A stretch of 63,010 bases of DNA. Source: a virus (Duplodnaviria > Heunggongvirae > Uroviricota > Caudoviricetes). The stretch spans positions 276,278 to 339,287 of the IMG/VR virus record IMGVR_UViG_3300028887_000002; one strand, given 5' to 3'. Shown piece after piece: positions 48,240 to 57,137 of this stretch (position 1 is the first letter of the stretch; the number at the start of each line of letters is the position of its first letter). Position numbers and translations under genes: made by a program. The notes under the pieces are model-generated. The model made no database searches. It was not told the DNA's origin and was given only the letters and a program-made list of their open reading frames with translations.

Positions 48240-48587
48240 TTAGAATTCGTCATCCAAATCGTCTCCGTAGTCAACATCGTAGTCAACAATCTCGTTGTAG
48301 CAGTCGTTGTTTTCGTGTACCTCAAATTCAATTGGGGTGTCAACGACAATCGTTGCAATATGATTTACGCCTACTCTCCGTTCAATAGTAGCCCATTCTT
48401 CGCTGTTGTCAGCAGAACGGATTTCATACTTGAAAAGACCTTCGGGGATATCGTTATCGGCAATGCGTTCATCAGTAAAGAACGCTTCAATCGTTGTTTC
48501 CTTGCAGTTTGCCTTGTAGGTGATTTCGCACTTGTGCAAATCGTGGTTGCAGACGAAATCGGGCATTTCAAAAAATAAGTTTCTCAT
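48240..48587 (-). CDS. LPD28-like (large polyvalent protein domain 28) protein
   Basis: AFFTDERI....IPEGLFKYEIR..D......TIE..V.VNH..TI. Confidence 0.6.
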   Translation of the reverse strand: MRNLFFEMPDFVCNHDLHKCEITYKANCKETTIEAFFTDERIADNDIPEGLFKYEIRSADNSEEWATIERRVGVNHIATIVVDTPIEFEVHENNDCYNEIVDYDVDYGDDLDDEF

Positions 48588-48620
48588 GGTATTTCCCTTT
48601 CTTTTTTTTTATTGTTATTA

Positions 48621-48899
48621 TTATTCAAGTCTTGCAACATCGCCATTGTAGGGAGACATAATTTCCTCGCAGTTCTCAACGATATCAGTTTCAACTGCAA
48701 AAAGTCCCCAACCTTGTTGATAGTAGATTTCAAGTTCAAATTCAGTCTTGGAAACAAACTTTTCTGCGTCCTCAACACTCATACCCTCTTCTACAAGTTC
48801 GTCAACCTTGTTTTGAAACGCAATCGGTGTCTTTTCCTTTGATAACTTGAAAGCACCGATGCTTTCATACTGGTTGTAATGATTTAATTTAAATTTCAT
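48621..48899 (-). CDS. Paralog family C protein
   Basis: Highly similar to 42730. Confidence 0.8.
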   Translation of the reverse strand: MKFKLNHYNQYESIGAFKLSKEKTPIAFQNKVDELVEEGMSVEDAEKFVSKTEFELEIYYQQGWGLFAVETDIVENCEEIMSPYNGDVARLE

Positions 48900-49002
48900 A
48901 GTTTTATTGTTTTATTGGTTATACTTCTTGTTTCGTTTCGCATAAATCTATATAAGTCCCCCGAAGCTGAAACGTTCATTTTCGGGGGACGTGATTTAAT
49001 GT

Positions 49003-49482
49003 TTATTCATCTTCTTTTTTTATTCTTCTGCAAGTTTCCTTTACTTCATCAAGGATTGGTGTTAGGTCGCTTGACACTTGTTGTGGTGTAAAGAAAACTT
49101 TGTCATCAACCCACAAGCAAATGCTCGGAGTCCATTCCTTTTCGTTAATATAAGCCTTATGGTATGATATGCCACCTATTTCATACGGCTTTCCGTCAGC
49201 AAGGACGATAACCCTATCGTAAAGGTCAAACTCGGTATCACCGATTTTTTCCAACATATTTGCAATCTCTTCCGCTTGTTTCTTTATTATGTCGGATAAA
49301 GCAGAATCAACAACAACCCCATTCATTTCGCATTCGGGGTCGCTACATTCCTCAAGATTGTCCACCAACTGCGAACCGCTGTCAGTTTGGTATGCAATCT
49401 CTATTGCTTCTGCCTCGTTTTTTGCGACAACATCAATATCACAATAGGTGTGATAAAATAATCTTACTGTGTACCTCTTCAT
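49003..49482 (-). CDS. Hypothetical protein with V.A.NE.EAIEIA N-terminal module
   Basis: 159-aa ORF. Confidence 0.75.
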   Translation of the reverse strand: MKRYTVRLFYHTYCDIDVVAKNEAEAIEIAYQTDSGSQLVDNLEECSDPECEMNGVVVDSALSDIIKKQAEEIANMLEKIGDTEFDLYDRVIVLADGKPYEIGGISYHKAYINEKEWTPSICLWVDDKVFFTPQQVSSDLTPILDEVKETCRRIKKEDE

Positions 49483-49558
49483 ACTAATTCTATTTTAATT
49501 GTTAAACATCTGTTTGCGTTTCACATAAATCTATCTAACCTTTCGGAAGCTGAAACGT

Positions 49559-49858
49559 TCAGTTTCCTATTGGGTTATGAAATGTGAAAACTAACTCGCT
49601 CGGACAACTACCATCATTCCTTACGAAATGTGCCGACCTCAACAAATCCTTGTGTTCTGCAACAAACTTGTCCAAGACCTTCTGCGGAAAGTGTCTCTTA
49701 TCGTTAGTTTTCAATTGGACTTCAATTGTCCTTGACCAAACGGTTATCGGACAACATTCCGTCACACTACCACTTGTCCAAGAGTTGTATTGGATATGTT
49801 TTCCGAATGCAACTTGAATGTCCCTGATAGTTTCGGTTATTCTTCTTTCTAATTCCAT
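49559..49858 (-). CDS. Hypothetical protein
   Basis: Start MELERR; TGA stop lies inside promoter core 49547-49561. Confidence 0.7.
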   Translation of the reverse strand: MELERRITETIRDIQVAFGKHIQYNSWTSGSVTECCPITVWSRTIEVQLKTNDKRHFPQKVLDKFVAEHKDLLRSAHFVRNDGSCPSELVFTFHNPIGN

Positions 49859-49999
49859 AAAATTGTTTTTAAGTTTCACATAAATCTATATAACCCCCAA
49901 AAAGCTGGAACGTTCATTTTCGGGAGGGGGAAAATAAAAAAAAATAGGGGCAACCGAATGAACGATTGCCCCATCATCAGTTAAACTATTAAAATATAG

Positions 50000-50398
50000 T
50001 TAAGGGAAATATGTTCTTACCATTTGGTTAAGCCGTTCCTTGTTGGTGTATCTTGAACCCTCAATGGTACTGGTCGGATTGGTTTCGTAGTAACCGCACC
50101 AATCAATAGTGTTTTTCAAGTCCTTAAAAACAGCCTTGAACATTATGCCGTTGGCTATTGAATGCCTTGCAGTTTTCAGCATAAGCATAAATAGGTCTGG
50201 CTTGGTCGTGCGCAATGAGAATGAAATTATATTGTCTTCATTTACCGCCAAATTATCTAACTTGACATATTTGGGAGTTAAGGTTGGCAATGCCTTTATT
50301 AAATTGTTTGCAGTCCCAACCTTGACAATTATTTTCATATTTAACCACTTTGCACCTCTTGGCACAAAGCCTTCAAGATTTATCTTTTTGCGTCCCAT
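50000..50398 (-). CDS. Basic hypothetical protein
   Basis: 132-aa ORF. Confidence 0.7.
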   Translation of the reverse strand: MGRKKINLEGFVPRGAKWLNMKIIVKVGTANNLIKALPTLTPKYVKLDNLAVNEDNIISFSLRTTKPDLFMLMLKTARHSIANGIMFKAVFKDLKNTIDWCGYYETNPTSTIEGSRYTNKERLNQMVRTYFP

Positions 50399-50407
50399 AA
50401 GCCAGCC

Positions 50408-51043
50408 TTAAAGTTTTTCACTAAAACTATCAAACCCGACTACCACAAAATCCTCCTTGTTGTAGGGATTCGTCAACTTCTTGAGTTCATCAATCCCATC
50501 GCAGTAGAAGGTGATTTCATCATCCTCGTCAGACACCACATCGGTATTCAACTTGATGGTGGCAAGGCTGAATTCGCTATCTTCCATATCATCGTCATTC
50601 CACCTAATGAATACATTGGCAAAAGTTGGCTCAAAGATATGCTTTGCCTTGTATTCGTCATATTCCTTCTGCAAGGTTTCACGCAACTTCTTGGGATAAT
50701 CAATGTGTTCCAAGTAACTATGGATGTGATAGGCAATGCTGTACAATTCACCGACATCACATATGCGGTAGGTTTCATAGTGTTCGTCTTCCTCAATTGC
50801 AAGTTCAACGTTACCTTCTTCGTCAAGGTGAACATCATACACTTGTGCAAAGGCATTGCTATTCCGTTCAGGATGTCCTCCGCCATCGTATGTGACAACA
50901 ACATAAAGGTCAGCATCTTCCAACGAGAACGTGCCGTTATTCTCCTCGCATACCTTCTTGAGATAAGCAATGGTTTCTCTCTTTAACGACTGCGAAATCA
51001 CTTCATATCCCTTTCCGATTTCCAAAAATCTCTCACTTTTCAT
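50408..51043 (-). CDS. Fusion of modules M1 and M2
   Basis: N-half like 45714 C-half; C-half like 41077 C-half. Confidence 0.8.
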   Translation of the reverse strand: MKSERFLEIGKGYEVISQSLKRETIAYLKKVCEENNGTFSLEDADLYVVVTYDGGGHPERNSNAFAQVYDVHLDEEGNVELAIEEDEHYETYRICDVGELYSIAYHIHSYLEHIDYPKKLRETLQKEYDEYKAKHIFEPTFANVFIRWNDDDMEDSEFSLATIKLNTDVVSDEDDEITFYCDGIDELKKLTNPYNKEDFVVVGFDSFSEKL

Positions 51044-51108
51044 AATCTTACTTTTTATTGGTTAAACGTTTCACATTATACTATATAACCCTCCCGAAGC
51101 TGAAACGT

Positions 51109-51648
51109 TCAAAATCCCCAAGTGCTTTTGCAAAAATTAATGTTCTTGGAATAGTGTGAATTCGTCCATAATATGTTGTGTACCTCTTCCTCACTTCTTT
51201 TGTCATCAAGGTTATAATTCCATTTATTATAATGCCTAATTCCATCTTCAGTCACCTCCTTGACTACCCAATGGTCGCACCCATCGTGGTGGTAGCCTTT
51301 AACGTGGAATTCGCCATAGCCGCCCTTGTTCACCTCATATATTTCAAAGTCCCAATAGTCATCGTGCGCCCAAGCCTTCCTTACACCATCATAGCCGTAA
51401 ACCAACTTACCGCCTTTAAACTTTCCATCCCATAGTCCGCACTCGCCAACGATAAGGTATGCCTTTCCGTCCTTGAAGAACGACTTCAATTCCTCTCTTA
51501 CGATATCCCAATCGCTATCGATTAGGTTGTCGATTTCACATTTTATTTCATCGTCAGTCGGGAATGCAATACCCTCTTCCCTTTTCAAGAGTTCAATTGC
51601 GTCATCCCTATAGGATTTCTTATCCCTTGTGCTAAAAATGTTTCTCAT
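51109..51648 (-). CDS. Hypothetical protein (GLWDG...H...HHDG)
   Basis: 179 aa; TGA stop lies inside promoter core 51097-51111. Confidence 0.8.
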   Translation of the reverse strand: MRNIFSTRDKKSYRDDAIELLKREEGIAFPTDDEIKCEIDNLIDSDWDIVREELKSFFKDGKAYLIVGECGLWDGKFKGGKLVYGYDGVRKAWAHDDYWDFEIYEVNKGGYGEFHVKGYHHDGCDHWVVKEVTEDGIRHYNKWNYNLDDKRSEEEVHNILWTNSHYSKNINFCKSTWGF

Positions 51649-51749
51649 ATGTCCTATATTTTATTGGTTTTTACATAAATCTATATAAGATATAAAAAGC
51701 TGAAACGTTCATTTTCGGGAGGTGTTGTTTCACATAAATCCATATGTAC

Positions 51750-51938
51750 TCAAACGAGTACATACTTGCGTTTTCCGTACTCTCCGCTTGCGTAGATGGT
51801 ACAATATGATATCTCCTTGAATTCGCCTCTCCTAATCATATCCTTGATTTCAAGGTCTCTTTCCATTGCACCATTAACTATTGTAGTATCCTTCATACCA
51901 TCTTTCCAAGTCCAATATAATGCGTATCTCATCGCCAT
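51750..51938 (-). CDS. Small hypothetical protein
   Basis: 62 aa; last codons and stop are encoded by the 18-bp palindrome. Confidence 0.65.
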   Translation of the reverse strand: MAMRYALYWTWKDGMKDTTIVNGAMERDLEIKDMIRRGEFKEISYCTIYASGEYGKRKYVLV

Positions 51939-51991
51939 ATAGTTTTTAAAAGCCGTCCGAGAAAATCCCCAGACGGCTTCGGTTGGTTAGG

Positions 51992-52516
51992 TTATCTTTC
52001 GTAGTAGGTGCGACTGCCTTGCCTTACGGAGATGATGTTCTCCATATTCACCATACGGAAATCAACTTGGTCGCTTCCGTGCAGTCCATAGGCGGCTTGT
52101 CTCTTATTTTCACTTTTCTTTACCAAGAAGGTTTTGATTTCCTCTACCTCGCTCGGTGTTGCGGCACGACCATCAAGCAGCCAAATAGTGCGCTCGGTTG
52201 TGTCCTTTTCAAGTGTAAAGGTAAGGTACATATCTCCACTTGATTTCTTTTCAATGAAGAATTTATTTACCCTATTTGCCCAGTTTGGTAATGGCGCTGG
52301 TTCGTATGTTTCTGCAATGCCTTGTCGATTGCCGTAGTTCGTCACACAATTGCCGTAGCGACATCCAAAGTAAGCATTGGTATACCAAGTGTGCTTCTGC
52401 ACTCTATTTAAAAATGGATTACCCGTCTTGTTCATTGATGGTGTTGTCAATGACTCAATTACTAAACCCTTACTTCCAATTGTGTAGGTGCTGAATAAAT
52501 TTTCCGATACTTTCAT
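51992..52516 (-). CDS. Hypothetical phage protein (MNKTGNPF..RV.K)
   Basis: 174 aa, first gene of the cassette array. Confidence 0.8.
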   Translation of the reverse strand: MKVSENLFSTYTIGSKGLVIESLTTPSMNKTGNPFLNRVQKHTWYTNAYFGCRYGNCVTNYGNRQGIAETYEPAPLPNWANRVNKFFIEKKSSGDMYLTFTLEKDTTERTIWLLDGRAATPSEVEEIKTFLVKKSENKRQAAYGLHGSDQVDFRMVNMENIISVRQGSRTYYER

Positions 52517-52721
52517 TTTACTAATATTTTAAATTGTTTTAACTTTCAAATTACATTATATTATATAACCTTGCAGAAGCTGAAACGTTCAAAATTGGTT
52601 GGTTGCATATAAATCTATTTGAAAAATATCCATCCCACAATAGAACGATTTTGACAATAGTTTTAGACGATATTATTTTTTGCTAATAGTTTTCCCACGC
52701 ACCGCATAAAAGTCCCAGAAT

Positions 52722-53100
52722 ACCCCCTCTAAACACCCCTACCGATACCCTCCCTACATACCCCTACCTCCGTAACCCCTTACTCACACCCCTCCCTTTT
52801 TTGTGGCTTTTTGGGGGCGACGGTTCCCCATGCGTCCCCTCAAAAAATTTTTCCAGAAAAATTTTTCCAAAAAATTTTGACCTCCCTCCCTCCAACCAGA
52901 CCCTCCTTCCCAACGGACGTCCCCCAACCACACCGTCCCAACCCGAACGTCCTGTAGCAGACGGACGGGCTATCAGCCACCAATGCCGTCCGTCAGACCG
53001 TACTCTTACCAAAACGTCGCCATCGGTTGCCCCATCACCCCACCCAGCGTGGCGACCTTCCCGTATGCGTGTGTTGTATTGCCCATCCATCCGTTGCTCC
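52722..53100 (-). other. C-rich (+)/G-rich (-) non-coding tract with G4 potential and A5T5 palindromes
   Basis: Eight C3-5 runs in 52723-52796; three AAAAATTTT(T) units in 52841-52882. Confidence 0.5.
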
Positions 53101-53203
53101 AAGTCCGTCCATGCCGTTCCTTACTTATACATCTTGCATATATGAAATAATATTGCCAATAAGTTCTCTTGTGTACTATTTATATGGAAAAAAATATAAT
53201 ATT

Positions 53204-54463
53204 ATGACTTCAAATTTACAATTATTTACCCCCTCTCCACAAGGTGATGTGACATTCGGTGAGTTTGTTTCAAGGGTTGCGATGTCCCATCCTGAGACTG
53301 GCAGGGCGTATATGGGGAAGGTATCGTTTTCGGAAGGTCTTCCAGGAGGATATAATGAGGGTACGATGACTGTTACAGTGTTGTCGGACGGGTTGGTTAA
53401 GTATACCTTCAATTCTATTGTCAGTCCTTATTCGCAGTACGAGTGCTACTCGGTGAATGGTGGTGAACCCACTGGGTGGAATGAAGATTCTGGCAACCCA
53501 ATTAATATGGACGAGTACAACTTCATCAAGGCTATGGTTATGCCTTCTGTCAACGGATATGGGAATATGCTGTATATTGAGAGTCCTATTGAGAGGGAGT
53601 TCTATTATAGGCTTGAAAGTTCTGACGGGTCATTTGACTACTGTGACGGTAATGTATATGAATATGGATGCGAGGGGATATATAGCGAACCGATACCTTT
53701 GGCTGGGGATACGAATGTTTATCTGAGTGTTGTTGATTCGGATGGTAGTACTGTTGCATTTAATGTTAACACCGACCCAAGATACGAGTATGCTCTTAAT
53801 ATGAGGTTCAGTAGCACTGAAGGCGATAATATGGGAGATGTGTTTGGAAGGTGGGTCGACCAATTCAATTATGATTTGGCTTCTAATGACGGTTGGCGGC
53901 CTGCTGAGAGTGGGAATTATAATTATGTTATGTATGCCCAACAGCCTACTGGTGGCACTTGGCCTAATAGTTTTACGATTGATGATGTGTGGGTCACTGG
54001 CGATGACTATGTCGGTATAGACTGGAGTCACTGTGAAGAAATCAATAAAACCTATAATTTTGATACCCCCAGTGGCACCCGACAGGTATGTTATCCGATA
54101 ATGTTGAATAGTGAATCAAACATAGGAAAGATGTTCAAGGCGTATGACTGGCTGTATGAGAACTGGGACAAGATACCATCGGATATTGTATGGCTTGACG
54201 GTAAGGAACCGATGTATGAAGGGAATGTAATAGGATTCAACAAGATTTGGTATATTGGGACGCCATATCTGTTCGGGATGCTGTGCTATATAATGTTGGG
54301 TATTACCAATAAGGCTGTAGATATGTGGAATAATACCGTATCAGTTCTTTATGGGCTACCCCAAAAGCCAACTATTACCGCCAATGACATGAACAACATA
54401 TATGTTTCCTTCACCTATATGGTTGAATGCTTGAAGGAGGGAAGGTACAAGGTTGTTGAATAG
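53204..54463 (+). CDS. Acidic Y/G/N/D-rich protein, probably structural/virion
   Basis: ATG at 53204 after CTATTTAT; the upstream 59 codons of the track ORF cross the non-coding C-rich tract. Confidence 0.75.
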   Translation: MTSNLQLFTPSPQGDVTFGEFVSRVAMSHPETGRAYMGKVSFSEGLPGGYNEGTMTVTVLSDGLVKYTFNSIVSPYSQYECYSVNGGEPTGWNEDSGNPINMDEYNFIKAMVMPSVNGYGNMLYIESPIEREFYYRLESSDGSFDYCDGNVYEYGCEGIYSEPIPLAGDTNVYLSVVDSDGSTVAFNVNTDPRYEYALNMRFSSTEGDNMGDVFGRWVDQFNYDLASNDGWRPAESGNYNYVMYAQQPTGGTWPNSFTIDDVWVTGDDYVGIDWSHCEEINKTYNFDTPSGTRQVCYPIMLNSESNIGKMFKAYDWLYENWDKIPSDIVWLDGKEPMYEGNVIGFNKIWYIGTPYLFGMLCYIMLGITNKAVDMWNNTVSVLYGLPQKPTITANDMNNIYVSFTYMVECLKEGRYKVVE

Positions 54464-54496
54464 GTGGATTATTTGATAATAATAGTCTAAAATAAT

Positions 54497-54530
54497 AAAA
54501 GCACCTCGAATAATTGGGGTGCTTTTTTTT
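54497..54530. terminator. Bidirectional terminator
   Basis: AAAAGCACC...GGTGC-T8. Confidence 0.75.
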
Positions 54531-54670
54531 GTTTTTGAATTAGTCAGTGTTATTTGGCTTGAACTGTTCCAAATAAGTATCCACCTGGTGTTCGGTGTCG
54601 CATTAGTTGTCGACTTGTTATTCCAGACGGACTGGCAGGATTATCTGTAGTGTTATTGCGAGTTTCATGG

Positions 54671-55825
54671 TTATTTCTCCAGTTGTTTTTGTTGTTTCAG
54701 AAGTTCTCCAAGGTTGTCAATATATTTTATTATATGGTCGGCGATGAGGTAGTCACGCATATTGAGTCTGGTATCAATGCCGTATTGGTTAAAGATAGTT
54801 TCGAGTTCCTTGGCGAGGTTTTCATGGTTGTATTGCCTTATGGGTTCTGGCGGTGTAATCTCTTCAACTACTGATGACTTTATCACGCGGTTGTCAGATG
54901 TGACTTCATAGCCGTTGTTTTTGATTGCCTCCTGGAGTTCGGTTCTTTCGTTAACGGTTGCGGGTCGGATTGTTTCTGGGGACAATTTGGTTTTTGATAG
55001 TGCAATTTCGTTAAAGACTTGCAGTCCCCACCCGTCCAATGCACAGGTGTAATCAGGACTGGTTGTATCTTCAAGCAAATGACCACTATATATGAATAGT
55101 GCCCTATATATATTACTTCCATGAACTTCACCATAGAGGATGTCACCTCTTTTTGCGTCCTCTATTGTCCATAGGTGATAGTTTTCTTCAGCGTACTTGA
55201 TTGGAAGGTTTTCGGTTTTATTCGCACAGTCCTTTATGGTAAGATAGTCGTTGAGGGTGGTGTCAATTTCAACAATTTTTCTTACGCTTCTCCCTGTATT
55301 CACAATCCAGTCGCCCACATTGAACTTTGGGTTGTTGGTTGGAATTTCTATCTTTTCAACCTGGTTTGTCTCCTCGTTCCACCTGTAGCCCTTTGCTTCC
55401 ATATCAGTTTGGAATTGTTTGATTTCATCTTCCGTGGCGAAGCGATAGTCCTCGATATCCAATGGTATTCTAAAGTTACCTTCATTAACTCCATAATATC
55501 CGTCAACATCATAACCGTCATATAGGAATGCTATGTCGTGGTGGCCGTCCATGTGTATTATGTCTCCCTTTTCAAACAGGACTGGTTGCCAGCAGTTCCA
55601 TAATTTCTTAATTGAGGATGGGAATAGCATACATTCGCCAGTTTCGTAGCCCCAGACCTGACCTTCTTCGTTGAATACTGCAAAGTTATTACCGCAGTCT
55701 AGGTATTTTGCGTATATTGAGCCGTTGTTGATGTTTATGCGGTCTAGTTCGACCTCCCCGTATAAAGGGGAATAGAGTTTGCGTCCCTTGGGGCAATCCT
55801 TTAAGATTTCGATTAAGTTTGTCAT
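54671..55825 (-). CDS. Modular Bacteroidota-phage protein (KFNVGDWIV, YHLWTI.DAK.GD, GY.WN modules)
   Basis: 384 aa; modules shared with 57138. Confidence 0.8.
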   Translation of the reverse strand: MTNLIEILKDCPKGRKLYSPLYGEVELDRININNGSIYAKYLDCGNNFAVFNEEGQVWGYETGECMLFPSSIKKLWNCWQPVLFEKGDIIHMDGHHDIAFLYDGYDVDGYYGVNEGNFRIPLDIEDYRFATEDEIKQFQTDMEAKGYRWNEETNQVEKIEIPTNNPKFNVGDWIVNTGRSVRKIVEIDTTLNDYLTIKDCANKTENLPIKYAEENYHLWTIEDAKRGDILYGEVHGSNIYRALFIYSGHLLEDTTSPDYTCALDGWGLQVFNEIALSKTKLSPETIRPATVNERTELQEAIKNNGYEVTSDNRVIKSSVVEEITPPEPIRQYNHENLAKELETIFNQYGIDTRLNMRDYLIADHIIKYIDNLGELLKQQKQLEK

Positions 55826-55852
55826 AAGTATTATTCCTCCAATAATTTTCGT

Positions 55853-56350
55853 TTAAAAGTTGTACATTCCATCGGGCGCTTTGATTGCTAAGCCCATTTT
55901 AATCAAGTTGCGATAGTCGAAATGATGTTCATTAAGCCAATCAATTCCTCGCCAATTTTCCAATGGTGAAGTTCTTGTCCTTTGAAAAATTACTGGTCGT
56001 TCTTCGGGGTGGCGTATTGATGAACAATAAAGATTTATGAAGCCCCTTCCTGGTGGGCAACGGTAGTCAACTATCTTGTAAGTATCGTCATTAGCAAAGT
56101 CATAGTTGGCATAGGAAATTAAATCTTCTTCAGTCATACTCTCCATTGGACGGAGGTATGGCTTGATGTCTTCTACCTTATAAACTTTACGGTAGTTGAT
56201 GTATCCATCCTTGTCTATGTCTTCCAGAATTTCAACAACGGGCATTTCTTGGTCCCACTCATAGTTCCAAGAATACCTGCAATATTTTACTCCATAAGGC
56301 AACCTTGCACAAAGGTCTTTGAGTAGTAGTTGTTTTTCTTCCATTGCCAT
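55853..56350 (-). CDS. Paralog family D (EEKQLLLK.LCA.LPYGVK...KPYLRPM.SMT.E...IDWLN.HHFDYR)
   Basis: Paralog of 56465. Confidence 0.8.
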   Translation of the reverse strand: MAMEEKQLLLKDLCARLPYGVKYCRYSWNYEWDQEMPVVEILEDIDKDGYINYRKVYKVEDIKPYLRPMESMTEEDLISYANYDFANDDTYKIVDYRCPPGRGFINLYCSSIRHPEERPVIFQRTRTSPLENWRGIDWLNEHHFDYRNLIKMGLAIKAPDGMYNF

Positions 56351-56464
56351 ACTTTTTAATTTTTTAGTTAAACAATTTATTTTTTTTAATTCGATGCAAA
56401 GGTAAATACTATTTTTGATATGGCCAAGGAATTTTTCAATTTTTTATTCCCTTGTTGCCATTAT

Positions 56465-56908
56465 TTAAAAATTGTACATTCCCTTTGGGGCTTCCAACGC
56501 CAAGCCCATCTCAATCAAGCCTCTATAATCAAAGTGATGGGCATTAAGCCAATCAATTGTCGTATAGGCATCTTGTAATTCAGAAAAACTTCCAAATTTG
56601 CTTTTTTGAATGCAAATCCGTTTATCACACATAAGAATTGCATTACAACAATTGTGCATCTTTCTCCATTCCTCGTCCGTCATACTTGACATTGGGCGGA
56701 GGTAAGGCTTGACATTTTCAAGTTCGTACTCAGCACCTTCAATGCAGATGTATGTCGCACCGTACTCATCGATGAAGACGCTATTGAGCACCCCATCATC
56801 CGTAATTTCCTGTCCGTTGCCGTCGGTGGTTTCCATCTTTCCTTTCACGCCATAAGGCAACATTGCGCAAAGGGTTTTCAGTAATAGTTGTTTTTCTTCG
56901 TTTGTCAT
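56465..56908 (-). CDS. Paralog family D protein
   Basis: Paralog of 55853, same GMYNF C-terminus. Confidence 0.8.
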   Translation of the reverse strand: MTNEEKQLLLKTLCAMLPYGVKGKMETTDGNGQEITDDGVLNSVFIDEYGATYICIEGAEYELENVKPYLRPMSSMTDEEWRKMHNCCNAILMCDKRICIQKSKFGSFSELQDAYTTIDWLNAHHFDYRGLIEMGLALEAPKGMYNF

Positions 56909-56911
56909 AAT

Positions 56912-57136
56912 TTATTCTCCTTTATATCTATAATATGCTAAAACTGTATCAATTAGATTATACCCACAGGAGTCTTCAAGAGGCTTGTCTTCTAAGATAG
57001 ATTCTCTAGCCTCTTTGTTTGTCCAGCTATTCTTACCAATTTTTGGCGCGCGCATAAAAATACCCTCTTCGCCATGCTTGGTAATTTCAGCATCTATCAT
57101 TTCCAGAGCAATCTGTTTTGCTTCTTCTCGTGTCAT
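56912..57136 (-). CDS. Small hypothetical protein
   Basis: 74-aa ORF. Confidence 0.7.
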   Translation of the reverse strand: MTREEAKQIALEMIDAEITKHGEEGIFMRAPKIGKNSWTNKEARESILEDKPLEDSCGYNLIDTVLAYYRYKGE

Positions 57137-57137
57137 A

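Larger units (their letters stand above)
39785..52598 (-). repeat. Array of 18 promoter/stem-loop cassettes, each heading 1-2 minus-strand genes
   Basis: Cores AAGCTG(A/G)(A/T)ACGTTCA start at 39809, 41058, 41566, 42015, 43086, 43593, 44908, 45170, 45615, 46429, 46916, 48196, 48964, 49547, 49902, 51097, 51697 and 52577; almost all preceded on + by (CATAAATC)TATATAA. Confidence 0.92.

Noticed and set aside
35331-51762. Integron attC interpretation of the repeats
   Set aside because: No RYYYAAC/GTTRRRY boxes, no extrahelical-base pattern, no integrase in the window
52764-53203. ORFs 52764-53102, 52801-53145 and the first 59 codons of 53027
   Set aside because: Low-complexity C/G-rich tract giving P/G/R-rich translations; the real gene starts at 53204
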